64,000 nucleotides of DNA from contig CADEFD010000004.1 of NCBI GenBank assembly GCA_902826515.1, positions 8,329-72,328 of the forward strand, given 5' to 3'. A program made the translations under genes and the position numbers. The notes below the pieces were generated by a model. The model was not told where the DNA came from. It did not search any database and saw nothing but the letters and a program-made list of their open reading frames with translations. The stretch comes from an uncultured Acidobacteriota bacterium (GTDB taxonomy: Bacteria > Acidobacteriota > Vicinamibacteria > Vicinamibacterales > UBA2999). Numbering within the stretch: position 1 is the first letter of the stretch; each line of letters starts with the position of its first letter. This document shows positions 20,300 to 29,589 of this stretch, piece after piece.

Positions 20300-20309
20300 G
20301 CGCGAGGCC

Positions 20310-20966
20310 GTGACCGACAGTCCTCTCCACCTGCGGCGTCTGGCGGCCCTGGCCGTGCTCGTCGCGGCGGCCGGTCTGGTGGTGGCCTCCGACACGCTGC
20401 ACGGCCGGCTGGCCGACGCGGTGGCGTGGGGCGAAGCGCTCATCGCGCGCGCGCCGGCCGCCGGCATGGCCGCGTTCGTCGTGCTGTCGGCGCTCTCGGC
20501 GATGTTCGCGTTCTTCTCGAGCGGGCTGCTTTCGCCGGTGGCCATCTCGGCGTGGGGCACCCTCGGCACCCTCGGCCTTCTGTGGCTCGGGTGGCTGCTC
20601 GGCGGCGCCGTGACCTACGCGGTAGGGCGTTTCCTTGGGCGCTCCGCCGCCGCGCTCTTCGTGGACGACGCCACCCTCGCGTTGTGGGAGGCGCGCGTGA
20701 CGAGCCGCGCCCACGTCTCGCACGTGCTGCTCTTCCAGCTGGCGATGCCCTCCGAGATCCTCGGCTACGTGCTCGGCCTCGTGCGGTATTCGTTCGGCAC
20801 CTACATGGCCGTGCTGGCCGTGTCAGAAATCCCGTACGCGCTGGCCGTCGTCTACCTCGGCGAGTCGTTCCTGGCCGGCAACGCGGCGACCTTCGTGCTC
20901 ATCGGCACGGCGGTGGTCGCGACCACCGCGGCCTTGTACTACGTCGTGCGTCGCCGGTTGACGTAA
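20310..20966 (+). CDS. Integral membrane protein, DedA/VTT (TVP38/TMEM64)-like
   Basis: 218 aa, GTG start 10 nt after the nitrilase stop, 5-6 hydrophobic helices. Family assignment is tentative. Confidence 0.6.
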   Translation: MTDSPLHLRRLAALAVLVAAAGLVVASDTLHGRLADAVAWGEALIARAPAAGMAAFVVLSALSAMFAFFSSGLLSPVAISAWGTLGTLGLLWLGWLLGGAVTYAVGRFLGRSAAALFVDDATLALWEARVTSRAHVSHVLLFQLAMPSEILGYVLGLVRYSFGTYMAVLAVSEIPYALAVVYLGESFLAGNAATFVLIGTAVVATTAALYYVVRRRLT

Positions 20967-20999
20967 TCTCCCGGGGAACGGCGGGTCTGTGCTGACCGT

Positions 21000-22214
21000 A
21001 TGTCACTACCTATGACCATCACGCGCGTCCAGCGATGGGTCCTGCCGGTGGCCGCCCTCGCCCTGCTCGCCGGCGCCGGCGTGTCGCGTCCGGCGGCGCA
21101 GACGGATGCCGCGGCGTTCATCGCGCGCATCGAAGCGCCGCAGGTGCCCGATCGCCAGGGCTTCGATGGCCTGACGCTGGCGCAGGTGATGACGCGGCTC
21201 AACGTCCCCGGCGTGAGCATCGCCGTGGTCAGGGACTTCGAGGTGCACTGGGCGAAGGCGTACGGCGTGGCTGACGTCTCGACGGGCCGCCGGGTCGAGA
21301 CCTCGACACGTTTTCAGGCAGCCTCCATCAGCAAGCCGATCACGGCGCTGGCGGCGATGCGCCTCGCGCAGGACCAGAAGCTCGACCTCGATGCGGACGT
21401 GAACGCGATCCTGACGTCGTGGAAGGTGCCCGAGACCGCCCTCACCAACGGGCATCCGGTGACGCCGCGGTCGCTCTTCAGCCACACCTCGGGCGCCGAT
21501 GACGGCTTCGGCTTCCCCGGCTACGATCCGGCGCTGCCGCGGCCCACGCTGGTGCAGATCCTGAAGGGCGAGGCGCCGTCGAACGTCGGCGCGGTGCGTT
21601 TTGCGCGGCCGCCGTTTGTGGCCTTCAAGTATTCGGGCGGCGCCGTCACGCTCATGCAGCTCGCCCTGACCGACCTGACCGGCCAGGACTTCGCGGCCTT
21701 CATGCAGGCGACCGTGCTCGCGCCCTTGCGGATGACGAACAGTTCCTTCGCCCAGCCGCCGCCCGCCGACGTGGCTGACCAGTTGTCGCGGGCGCACAAC
21801 GGCCAGGGTCGCGCCATGGACACCGCCTGGCACGTGTATCCCGAGCAGGCCGCTGCCGGGCTGTGGACCACACCCACGGATCTGGCGCGGGTGCTCATCG
21901 AGGTGCAGTCGGCGCTCCGCGGCCCGGCTGGCCGGGTGCTGTCGCGCGCGTCGGCGAAGGACATGACTTCACCGGTCGGCGTGGGCCCGTACGCGACCGG
22001 CTTCGGCGTGGAGCAACGCGGCGAAGGGTGGTACTTCGGCCACGGCGGCTCGAACTGGGGCTTCCAGGCGGACGTGCTCGGCCACCTGCGCAAGGGCTAC
22101 GGTGTGGCGATCATGACCAACGGCGACCGCGGCCGCGCCCTCATCACCGAGATCGAGGCCCGCGTGGCCGCCGCATATGGCTGGGACTCGCTCGACAAGC
22201 CGCTCGTGAGGTGA
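21000..22214 (+). CDS. Serine hydrolase, beta-lactamase/transpeptidase-like (class C/esterase family), secreted
   Basis: 404 aa, signal peptide, SxxK motif FQAASISKPITALAAMRL. Confidence 0.9.
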   Translation: MSLPMTITRVQRWVLPVAALALLAGAGVSRPAAQTDAAAFIARIEAPQVPDRQGFDGLTLAQVMTRLNVPGVSIAVVRDFEVHWAKAYGVADVSTGRRVETSTRFQAASISKPITALAAMRLAQDQKLDLDADVNAILTSWKVPETALTNGHPVTPRSLFSHTSGADDGFGFPGYDPALPRPTLVQILKGEAPSNVGAVRFARPPFVAFKYSGGAVTLMQLALTDLTGQDFAAFMQATVLAPLRMTNSSFAQPPPADVADQLSRAHNGQGRAMDTAWHVYPEQAAAGLWTTPTDLARVLIEVQSALRGPAGRVLSRASAKDMTSPVGVGPYATGFGVEQRGEGWYFGHGGSNWGFQADVLGHLRKGYGVAIMTNGDRGRALITEIEARVAAAYGWDSLDKPLVR

Positions 22215-22219
22215 CGCGC

Positions 22220-22780
22220 ATGGCCCGACGTCTTCGTTACCAGGTCGCGGTGTCGCTCGACGGCTTCATCGCCGGCCCGAACGGCGAGTACGACTGGATT
22301 GTCATGGACCCGGCGATCGATTTCGCCGCGATGGCGGCCGAATTCGACACGGCGGTCATGGGCCGCAAGACCTACGAGGTCGTGAACGGCGACGGCCATA
22401 TGGCGATGCTCGCCGGCATGCACTGTGTGGTCTTCTCGCGCACCCTCCCGCCGTCCTCGGCGCCGGGGCTGCGTGTGGTGGCCGACGACCCGGCCGCCGT
22501 CGTGGCCGGGCTCAAGGCCGAACCGGGCAAGGACATCTGGCTCTACGGCGGCGGCGAGCTCTTCCGTGCACTTCTCACCGCCGGGCTCGTTGATACGGTA
22601 GAGCTAGCCGTCATTCCGGTGCTCCTTGGCGCCGGGGTGCCGCTGCTGCCGGCCGGTCCGGTGGTCCCGCTCGTGCTGAGTGATCAGAAGGTCCTGCCAG
22701 CGAGCGGCATCGTCGCCCTGGCGTACGCCGTGCCCGGGGGTGTGGGGCCGGCGCCCACCATTTCTTACGTCAGAGGGTGA
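22220..22780 (+). CDS. Dihydrofolate reductase-like (RibD C-terminal domain) family protein
   Basis: MARRLRYQVAVSLDGFIAGPNGEYDW...MGRKTYE...IWLYGGGELFRALL. ATG 22220 lies 5 nt after the preceding stop. Confidence 0.85.
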   Translation: MARRLRYQVAVSLDGFIAGPNGEYDWIVMDPAIDFAAMAAEFDTAVMGRKTYEVVNGDGHMAMLAGMHCVVFSRTLPPSSAPGLRVVADDPAAVVAGLKAEPGKDIWLYGGGELFRALLTAGLVDTVELAVIPVLLGAGVPLLPAGPVVPLVLSDQKVLPASGIVALAYAVPGGVGPAPTISYVRG

Positions 22781-22858
22781 ATTTTTCCCTCCGAGAGCGG
22801 ATTCCTCCCTTGACCCAGGGGTTACACTGGATGACACTGCGTAGTTCCGGTACCCCAC

Positions 22859-23722
22859 ATGCTCAACGCCCGTACTCTCACCCTCGCGGTGACCGCTCTT
22901 GGTCTGGCTGCCTCCGCATTTGCGCAGGCGCCCACGCCCCCTGTGTCGCAGCCCGCGCCGCCGCTGCCTCTTGGTCCCACGCGCGAGCGAGGCGTCAGCG
23001 TGACGCCCTCCTACGAAGGCTGGTACCAGAACGCTGACGGCACCTACAGCCTGCTCGTGGGCTACTTCAACCGCAACAAGGGTGAAGCCCTCGACATCCC
23101 GGTGGGTCCCAACAACAAGATCGAGCCGGGCCCGATCGACCAGGGCCAGCCCACCCATTTCCAGATCGGCCGCCAGTGGGGCGTGTTCGTCATCAAGGTG
23201 CCGAAAGACTTCGGCAAGAAGATGCTGACCTGGTCGATCACCGCCAACGGCGAAACCCAGTCCATTCCCTTCGGGATCACCAACGGCTACACCATCGAGC
23301 CGTTCCAGGAAGCCGGCATGGGCAACAAGCCGCCGGAGTTCACCTTCGAGAGCGGCAAGGTGTTCGGGCCGCCCACGACGGTGTCGGCCACGCTGACCGG
23401 CACGGTCAATCAGCCGGTCGCCATCAGCTTCAAGGTCGACGACCCCAAGGAAACCAAGAAGGGCTCGGAGCTCACGAACCGGCGCGGCGCCGGCGCGGTG
23501 GCCACCGTCTCCTTCCACAAACATCGCGGGCCCGGCACGGTGAAGTTCGAACCGGCGCGGGTGGCGACGAAGACGCAGGGCGAAGCGGTCTCGACGACTG
23601 CGACGTTCAGCCTGCCGGGCGAGTACCTGCTGCGCGTGCAGGGCAACGACGAATCGGGCGAGGGCGGTGCTGGGTTCCAGTGCTGCTGGACGAATACTTA
23701 CGTGAAAGTCACCGTCAAGTAA
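22859..23722 (+). CDS. Hypothetical secreted protein, upstream partner of the heme-copper monooxygenase-like gene
   Basis: 287 aa, signal peptide MLNARTLTLAVTALGLAASAFAQA. Coding-like codon usage but lower GC than neighbours. No recognised motif. C-terminus ...GAGFQCCWTNTYVKVTVK. Confidence 0.75.
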   Translation: MLNARTLTLAVTALGLAASAFAQAPTPPVSQPAPPLPLGPTRERGVSVTPSYEGWYQNADGTYSLLVGYFNRNKGEALDIPVGPNNKIEPGPIDQGQPTHFQIGRQWGVFVIKVPKDFGKKMLTWSITANGETQSIPFGITNGYTIEPFQEAGMGNKPPEFTFESGKVFGPPTTVSATLTGTVNQPVAISFKVDDPKETKKGSELTNRRGAGAVATVSFHKHRGPGTVKFEPARVATKTQGEAVSTTATFSLPGEYLLRVQGNDESGEGGAGFQCCWTNTYVKVTVK

Positions 23723-23735
23723 CGACAGGAGCGCG

Positions 23736-25064
23736 ATGATGCAGCTTGAAATGCGGAATCTGGTGAGTGGCGCGGTCGGCGCAGTGGCCATGACGGCCCT
23801 GCTCGGCGGCGCCTCGGTGGCCTCGGCGCAGACCGCGCCGACGTTCACGAAGGACGTGGCGCCGATCTTCCAGGCGAAGTGCGAGGCCTGTCACCGGCCC
23901 GAGTCCATCGCCCCGATGTCGCTGCAGACCTGGCAGCAGGCGCGGCCGTGGGCGCGTTCGATCAAGGCGCGCGTGAGCGATCACTCGATGCCGCCGTTCC
24001 AGATCGACCGCACCGTGGGCGTCACGAAGTTCAAGAACGACGACTCGCTGAGCGCCGCCGAACTCGAGACCATCGTGAAGTGGGTGGACGCCGGCGCGCC
24101 GCAGGGCAGCGCGAAGGACATGCCCCCCGCCATCGAATGGCCGGCCGAGCAGGGCTGGAACTTCGCCAAGACGTTCGGCCAGACCGAACCCGACATGATC
24201 GTGAAGTCGGACTCGTTCACGATGCCCGCCGTGGCGCAGGACGCCTGGGACAAGCGCGTCACCCCGATCGAACTCACCGAGCCGCGCTGGGTGCGTGCCA
24301 TCGAGATCCGCCCGAGCAACATCAAGGGCCGCAAGGTCATTCACCACGCCATCGCCTACCTCGAGCAGACCGAGCCGGGCGCCGACGCCGCCGACGGTCC
24401 CGCGCCGCTCTTCATGGAATGGGCCGTGGGCAAGCAGGGCGAGATGATGCGCCCCGACACCGGCAAGCTGCTGATGCCCGGCGCGCGTTTCCGCTGGGAC
24501 ATCCACTACTCGCAGGCCGGTGAAGAGATCACCAGCAACGTCGAGATGGGCATCTACTTCTACCCGAAGGGCCAGGAGCCCAAGTACCGCACGCGTCTGT
24601 CGTTCGTGCCGGCCGCGGTGGGCAACCTCGACCTGCGCCCGAACACGGTGACGACGACCGAAGGTTTCTTCCCGCTGCGCGACAACGCCCGCATCGAAAG
24701 CTACCAGCCGCACATGCACCTGCGCGGCAAGGCGATGATGGTCGAAGCCATCCTGCCGAGCGGCCAGCGCCGCGTGCTCAGCCACACGAGCGACTTCAAC
24801 TTCATGTGGATGACCACCTTCGTCTACGCCGACGACGTGGCGCCGCTGTTGCCGAAGGGCACGCTGCTCAAGGTCACCGCGTGGCACGACAACACCAGCG
24901 CGAAGAAGACCAATCCCGATCCGAACCAGTGGGTGGGTTGGGGCGACCGCACGGTGGACGAGATGGCCCACGCGTGGATCAACATCGTCTACATGAACGA
25001 CGCCGACTTCAAGGCCGAGCAGGAAAAGCGCAAGGCCGCGACGGCCACCTCGCAGGAGCGCTAA
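23736..25064 (+). CDS. Secreted c-type heme domain fused to a PHM/DBH-like (copper type II ascorbate-dependent monooxygenase-like) domain
   Basis: 442 aa, signal peptide, VAPIFQAKCEACH. The copper-ligand pattern follows: HH (203/204), H257 in WDIHYSQ, HxH (326/328) in QPHMHLRGK, and M410 in TVDEMAHAW. AGGAG lies upstream, and the gene starts 13 nt after the previous one. Confidence 0.8.
   Translation: MMQLEMRNLVSGAVGAVAMTALLGGASVASAQTAPTFTKDVAPIFQAKCEACHRPESIAPMSLQTWQQARPWARSIKARVSDHSMPPFQIDRTVGVTKFKNDDSLSAAELETIVKWVDAGAPQGSAKDMPPAIEWPAEQGWNFAKTFGQTEPDMIVKSDSFTMPAVAQDAWDKRVTPIELTEPRWVRAIEIRPSNIKGRKVIHHAIAYLEQTEPGADAADGPAPLFMEWAVGKQGEMMRPDTGKLLMPGARFRWDIHYSQAGEEITSNVEMGIYFYPKGQEPKYRTRLSFVPAAVGNLDLRPNTVTTTEGFFPLRDNARIESYQPHMHLRGKAMMVEAILPSGQRRVLSHTSDFNFMWMTTFVYADDVAPLLPKGTLLKVTAWHDNTSAKKTNPDPNQWVGWGDRTVDEMAHAWINIVYMNDADFKAEQEKRKAATATSQER
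23880..23894 (+). other. CxxCH c-type heme attachment motif (CEACH)
   Basis: tgc gag gcc tgt cac read directly from the sequence. Confidence 0.8.
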
Positions 25065-25085
25065 GCTCCGCCGCCCGATCCGCCG

Positions 25086-25116
25086 AGGCGCGCTCCCCCA
25101 AGGGGGGCGCGCCTCG
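25086..25116. terminator. Bidirectional GC-rich hairpin between convergent genes
   Basis: GAGGCGCGC(T)CCCCC-AA-GGGGGGCGCGCCTC forms a roughly 14-bp stem with one bulged T. It lies between stop 25064 (+) and stop 25135 (-). Confidence 0.6.
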
Positions 25117-25134
25117 TGTCATGTACGGCGGGTA

Positions 25135-26157
25135 TCAGCCGGCGGAACCGACCGGTGCCGCCGCCGCCGCACCGCGCGTCAGCCACGCCGCTGCGATCTC
25201 GTACGAACGCAGCCGGGCCGCGTGATCGTGGATGTGGGAGGTGACGATGACCTCGTCGGCGCCGGTGCGGGCGACGAACTCGTCGAGCTGCGCGTGCACG
25301 GTCGCCGCGCTGCCGACGAACGAGACGCGCGTGCGCTGCAGCGGATCGGCGGGTTCGAACGCGTCGCGCATCCACTCGCGCGACGGCGGCGGCAGCGTCA
25401 CCGGGCGCCCGGCTCGCAGCGCCGCGACGCTCTCGCGGCCGGACGAGGCCAGGAACTCCGCCTCGTCGTCGGTCGCCGCGGCGACGATGTTGGCGCCGAG
25501 CATCACGTAAGGGGCGGGGAGCTGGGCGGAGGGCTGGAAGCGCTCGCGGTAGATCCGGATCGCGTCGAAGAGCATCGCCGGCGCGAAGTGTGAGGCGAAG
25601 GCGAACGGCAGGCCGAGGGCCGCCGCCACCTGCGCGCCGAACGTGCTCGAGCCGAGAATCCACACGGGCACGTGCAGGCCGGCGCCCGGGGTGGCCACGA
25701 CGGCCTGCCCGGGCCGCGGATCGTCGAAGAACGCCATCACCTCGATGACGTCGTTCGGAAACCCTTCGGGGTCGCTCTGCAGCGTGCGCCGGAGCGCGCG
25801 GGCCGCCGCGTGATCGGTGCCGGGGGCGCGGCCGAGGCCCAGATCGACCCGGCCCGGGAAGAGCGAGGCCAGCGTGCCGAACTGTTCGGCGACCTGCAGC
25901 GGCGCGTGGTTCGGCAGCATGATGCCGCCCGAGCCGATGCGGATGCGCGAGGTGCCGCCGCCGACGTGCGCGAGCAGCACGGCCGTGGCCGCGCTCGCGA
26001 TGCCCGGCATGTTGTGGTGTTCGGCCAGCCAGAAGCGCGTGTAGCCGAGGCGTTCGGCATGCTGCGCGAGCGCCAGCGTGCGGCGGAAGGCATCGGCCGT
26101 GGTGCCGCCCTGGAGCACGGGCGACAGATCGAGCACGGAAAGCGGCACGGACATCAT
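25135..26157 (-). CDS. LLM-class (luciferase-like) flavin-dependent oxidoreductase
   Basis: 340 aa. LSVLDLSPV...[21 protein letters not shown]...[13 protein letters not shown]...[19 protein letters not shown] precedes the ATG. Confidence 0.9.
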   Translation of the reverse strand: MMSVPLSVLDLSPVLQGGTTADAFRRTLALAQHAERLGYTRFWLAEHHNMPGIASAATAVLLAHVGGGTSRIRIGSGGIMLPNHAPLQVAEQFGTLASLFPGRVDLGLGRAPGTDHAAARALRRTLQSDPEGFPNDVIEVMAFFDDPRPGQAVVATPGAGLHVPVWILGSSTFGAQVAAALGLPFAFASHFAPAMLFDAIRIYRERFQPSAQLPAPYVMLGANIVAAATDDEAEFLASSGRESVAALRAGRPVTLPPPSREWMRDAFEPADPLQRTRVSFVGSAATVHAQLDEFVARTGADEVIVTSHIHDHAARLRSYEIAAAWLTRGAAAAAPVGSAG

Positions 26158-26282
26158 CCTTACGATACCCGCCCGGGCGCCGTCGTTTCACGGGCGGATT
26201 CATGCCGCGGGTATACTGCCACCCGGGCGTGTTCTTCGTGCTCCCCCGCGCGAGCGCCACGTATTCGTTCCGGGGGTGATCC

Positions 26283-27368
26283 ATGTCCGCGTTGTTGGCC
26301 GCCCTCGTCGGCGGCGCCCTCCTGACCCAGCCGTCCGCCGAAGCCGCCATGCAGACCCTGCTCAAGGCCGCGGTGACGCTGCGCACCTTCGACTACTTCG
26401 CCGCCGCCTGCACGCGCGGCCCCGGCTTCGATGCCGCGGCCTCGCGTGTCATCGGGGCGTGGACGGCGTCGCAGCGCGTGGCGCAGGTGCGCGCACGGGT
26501 GGACGAGGCCGAGCGCAACCCGCGCCAGAAGCAGGTGATTACCTCGGCCGTCGAGTCGATTGCCGATCGCCTGAGCGAACAATCCATCGGCGACTGCGCG
26601 GTGGCCGTCAGCGTCACGAAGACGAGCGAAGCGCAGTTTGTGACCTCGGCGCCGGACCTGGCCGGCGCGCCGGCGCCCGGTGAGGCCGCCGCTTTGGCCG
26701 CGCCCTCAGCCGCGGCCCCGCCGTCGCCCTCGATTGTCACGCCGGCCCTGCTCGCCTCGATCGACAGCATCGGCTTCGACACGCGCGCCGGCTTCGGCGT
26801 GGGCGGTTTCATCACCACCGAGGTCGTGCCGGTCGTGCTCTTCCGCAACGGCGACGCACTGACCGACGTGCGGGGCCTGACCGCCCCGGGAGATCTCGCC
26901 GCGCACAAGACCGTCCAGCCCGGCGCGTGGACGCGCTGGCAGCGCGCCGGCGGCGAACTGCAGATCGCCCGGGCGAAGGGCTTCGCGAAGCTGCCCTTCC
27001 AGGTGACCTACGCCACGTTGCCGGCCGGCTTCACGCTTCGCGGGATGTACCGGCGCCTCGGCGGCGCCGGCACACTCGGCGTGGGCGGCACGTCGTCGGT
27101 GGCCGCGTGGGACGAGTTCCGCTTCACGGCCGACGGCGTCATCGAACGCGGTGGCGGGGCAGGCGCGAGGAGCGAGGCCGGTGGCACCTCCACGGCCACG
27201 CGCGGCACGTCGGCGGGCCAGCGCGGCACCTACCGGGTCGACGGGCTCGTGCTGCACGTCACATGGGATGACGGCACCGTCGCGCAGCACATCCTCATCA
27301 CCGATCCCGACGACCCGAAGGGCGCGATCTGGATCGACGGCCACGGCTACGCGCGGAGGGGTGAATGA
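26283..27368 (+). CDS. Hypothetical secreted two-domain protein
   Basis: 361 aa with high GC3. N-terminal hydrophobic leader ending AEA, an Ala/Pro-rich linker (AAPSAAAPPSPS), and a Gly-rich C-terminal half. No motif recognised. Confidence 0.6.
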   Translation: MSALLAALVGGALLTQPSAEAAMQTLLKAAVTLRTFDYFAAACTRGPGFDAAASRVIGAWTASQRVAQVRARVDEAERNPRQKQVITSAVESIADRLSEQSIGDCAVAVSVTKTSEAQFVTSAPDLAGAPAPGEAAALAAPSAAAPPSPSIVTPALLASIDSIGFDTRAGFGVGGFITTEVVPVVLFRNGDALTDVRGLTAPGDLAAHKTVQPGAWTRWQRAGGELQIARAKGFAKLPFQVTYATLPAGFTLRGMYRRLGGAGTLGVGGTSSVAAWDEFRFTADGVIERGGGAGARSEAGGTSTATRGTSAGQRGTYRVDGLVLHVTWDDGTVAQHILITDPDDPKGAIWIDGHGYARRGE

Positions 27369-27721
27369 GATTCTGGCCGTGGCTCGTGGCCGGCCTCGGT
27401 GCCGCCCTGCTGCTCGTGGCGGTGGAGGCCGGAGCAGTCGTCGGCCCGGTGCGTCCGGTCGTGATGGTGGCGCTCACGCTCGTGGCCGGTGCGGCCATCG
27501 GCGGTGTGTGGGGTTGGCGGAGCTGGCCGGCGGCGTTCCTTGCCGGCGCGGGCGTGCCGCTGCGGCACCTGACGAACCGCCTGCTCGGCCTGCCCGACAC
27601 CACACAGCCGAACACCCTCGATGCGGTGATGATGATGGGATTCTTCGCGCTCGCCGTGAGCGCCGCCGGCTTCTGCGCCGGCGTGCTGATGCGTCAGGCC
27701 GTTTCCGACGGCGACGTGTGA
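27365..27721 (+). CDS. Hypothetical small membrane protein
   Basis: 118 aa, ATGA overlap with the preceding gene, three hydrophobic segments, high GC3. The 3' end overlaps the convergent MFS gene by 28 nt. Confidence 0.5.
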   Translation: MRFWPWLVAGLGAALLLVAVEAGAVVGPVRPVVMVALTLVAGAAIGGVWGWRSWPAAFLAGAGVPLRHLTNRLLGLPDTTQPNTLDAVMMMGFFALAVSAAGFCAGVLMRQAVSDGDV

Positions 27722-29034
27722 CCGCCGGCGCGGGCGGCGCGTTCGCCTTCTTCGATGTCCACGCGTGAGAGCAGCCAGCCGCCCACGACGAAGAACACGA
27801 TCATCCCGAGCACGGCCGAGCGCGACGATCCCGTGAGCATGCCGCTCAGCGTGAACACGAGCGGGCCGAGCACCGTCGCGAAGCGTTCGACCACGGCGTA
27901 GAACCCGAAGTACTCGGAGGTCTTCGCCGGCGGGATGAGCCGCGCGAAGAGCGAGCGGCTGAGCGCCTGCGCGCCGCCCTGCACCGTGGCGACGAGGGCG
28001 GCCAGGATGAAGAAGTGCACGGCGTTGGTCATGAAGTAGCCGAGCGTTGCCGCCACGGCGTACACGCCGAGGGCGAGGAAGATCGCCCGCTTGGTGCCCA
28101 TCTTCGCGCCGAGCCCGCCGAAGATGAACGCAAACGGCACGCCGAGCAGCTGCACCATCGCGAAGGCGGCGATCTGCTGCGACTGGCCGACGCCCACTTC
28201 TGCACCGTAGATGCCGGCAAACCGGATGATCGTCTGGATGCCGTCCTGATAGACGAGCATCGCGAGCAGCGCCAGGAACGCCTGGCGGTACTGCCTGATT
28301 TCGCTGAACGTGCGGCCGAGCCGTGAGAACGTGGCCGCAAGCGGCGACGCACCTTCGGCCTCGGTGGGTTCGACGAGGCGCGGCGGCTCCGGCACGTGGC
28401 GCAGCAGCGGGATCATGAAGAGCAGCCACCACACGCCCACGCTCGCAAACGACAGCTTCGTGGCCGCGATCGTACTCGGCAGGCCGAAGGTGGCCGGGCT
28501 CAGGATCCACGCGAGGTTCACGACGAGCAGCACGCCGCCGCCGAGGTAGCCGAGCGCGTACCCGGCCGACGACACCCGGTCGGTCTCTTCGGCCTTCGCC
28601 ACGCTCGGCAGCAGCGAGTCGTAGAACACGAGCGAGCCGGACACACCCAGGTTGCCGAGGATGAAGATGATCGCCGCCCACTGCCAGCCGCCTTCGCTGA
28701 TCGTGGTGAGCAGGAACGTGGCCAGCACACCCAGGCCCGCAAACAGCACGAGCAGCTTCTTGCGGCGCGCCGTGAAGTCGCCGTAGGCGCCGAGGATCGG
28801 CGAAGCCACGGCCACAATCGCCATCGCCACGGTGGTGATGAGGCCGAACCGCGTCGTCGCTTCCGTGGGCGACATGCCCGACGCCGCGTAGCTGGCGAAG
28901 AAGGCGGGGAAGACCGCGGTGATGACGGTGGTGAAATAGGCGGAGTTGCCGCAGTCGTACCACGCCCACGCCCGCTGTTCCGGGGTGACGAGGCCGACGC
29001 GGGCGAGCAGTCGGGCCAGCACGCCCCGAAGCAT
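27694..29034 (-). CDS. MFS transporter, UMF1/Atg22-like family
   Basis: 446 aa. AWAWYDCGNSAYFTTVITAVFPAFF N-terminal signature and about 12 TM segments. Confidence 0.85.
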   Translation of the reverse strand: MLRGVLARLLARVGLVTPEQRAWAWYDCGNSAYFTTVITAVFPAFFASYAASGMSPTEATTRFGLITTVAMAIVAVASPILGAYGDFTARRKKLLVLFAGLGVLATFLLTTISEGGWQWAAIIFILGNLGVSGSLVFYDSLLPSVAKAEETDRVSSAGYALGYLGGGVLLVVNLAWILSPATFGLPSTIAATKLSFASVGVWWLLFMIPLLRHVPEPPRLVEPTEAEGASPLAATFSRLGRTFSEIRQYRQAFLALLAMLVYQDGIQTIIRFAGIYGAEVGVGQSQQIAAFAMVQLLGVPFAFIFGGLGAKMGTKRAIFLALGVYAVAATLGYFMTNAVHFFILAALVATVQGGAQALSRSLFARLIPPAKTSEYFGFYAVVERFATVLGPLVFTLSGMLTGSSRSAVLGMIVFFVVGGWLLSRVDIEEGERAARAGGHTSPSETA

Positions 29035-29043
29035 ACCCTGCCG

Positions 29044-29589
29044 TCAGAGCCGCAGCATCGGCAGGGGGCTGAGCGGATGACGCACCAGGCGCGCAGCCGA
29101 GAGCTGCAGGAGCCGCCGATGGAATCCCGCATCGGGCCAGCGGCGGCGGATCTGGTCGATCCGCGCCCGCGGCAGGCCGAACGTCAGCAGCCCACGTGTG
29201 ACGTCCACCCAGTCGGCCCGGCGGAACGCCTCGACCAGTGGGGCGTTCGGGCCGCGATACGCCGTGACCTTGTGATGTTCGAGGATCATGGACGTGACGG
29301 CGGGGATCTGCGCCTGACGTCCGTGACGTGCCAGATGGGCCGCCGCCAGCGCGACCGATGGCTCCAGGTAGTCGAACGTGCCGGCGGTCCAGATGCCGAG
29401 GTCGTGGAAGACCGCGGCGACCTCCAGCTGGTCGAGCGGCAGCGGCCGGCCGCTCGACAACGCCACGCAGAGGTGCACGACACGATACACGTGGTGGCGG
29501 TAGCCGACGGCGTCGGCACCGAGCGCCGCCGCGTGTGCGGCCAGCACGGCGTTCACCGTCGGCAGCGATGTCAGCAGGTCGTCAGCCAT
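29044..29589 (-). CDS. HD domain protein (metal-dependent phosphohydrolase-like)
   Basis: 181 aa. HHVYRVVHL ... AAVFHDLG (H...HD pattern). Confidence 0.7.
   Translation of the reverse strand: MADDLLTSLPTVNAVLAAHAAALGADAVGYRHHVYRVVHLCVALSSGRPLPLDQLEVAAVFHDLGIWTAGTFDYLEPSVALAAAHLARHGRQAQIPAVTSMILEHHKVTAYRGPNAPLVEAFRRADWVDVTRGLLTFGLPRARIDQIRRRWPDAGFHRRLLQLSAARLVRHPLSPLPMLRL

Noticed and set aside
22810-22838. Possible sigma70 promoter TTGACC-17-GACACT upstream of the unknown secreted protein gene
   Set aside because: The -35 is good but the -10 is weak, and there is no supporting feature. I am not confident enough to list it as a feature.
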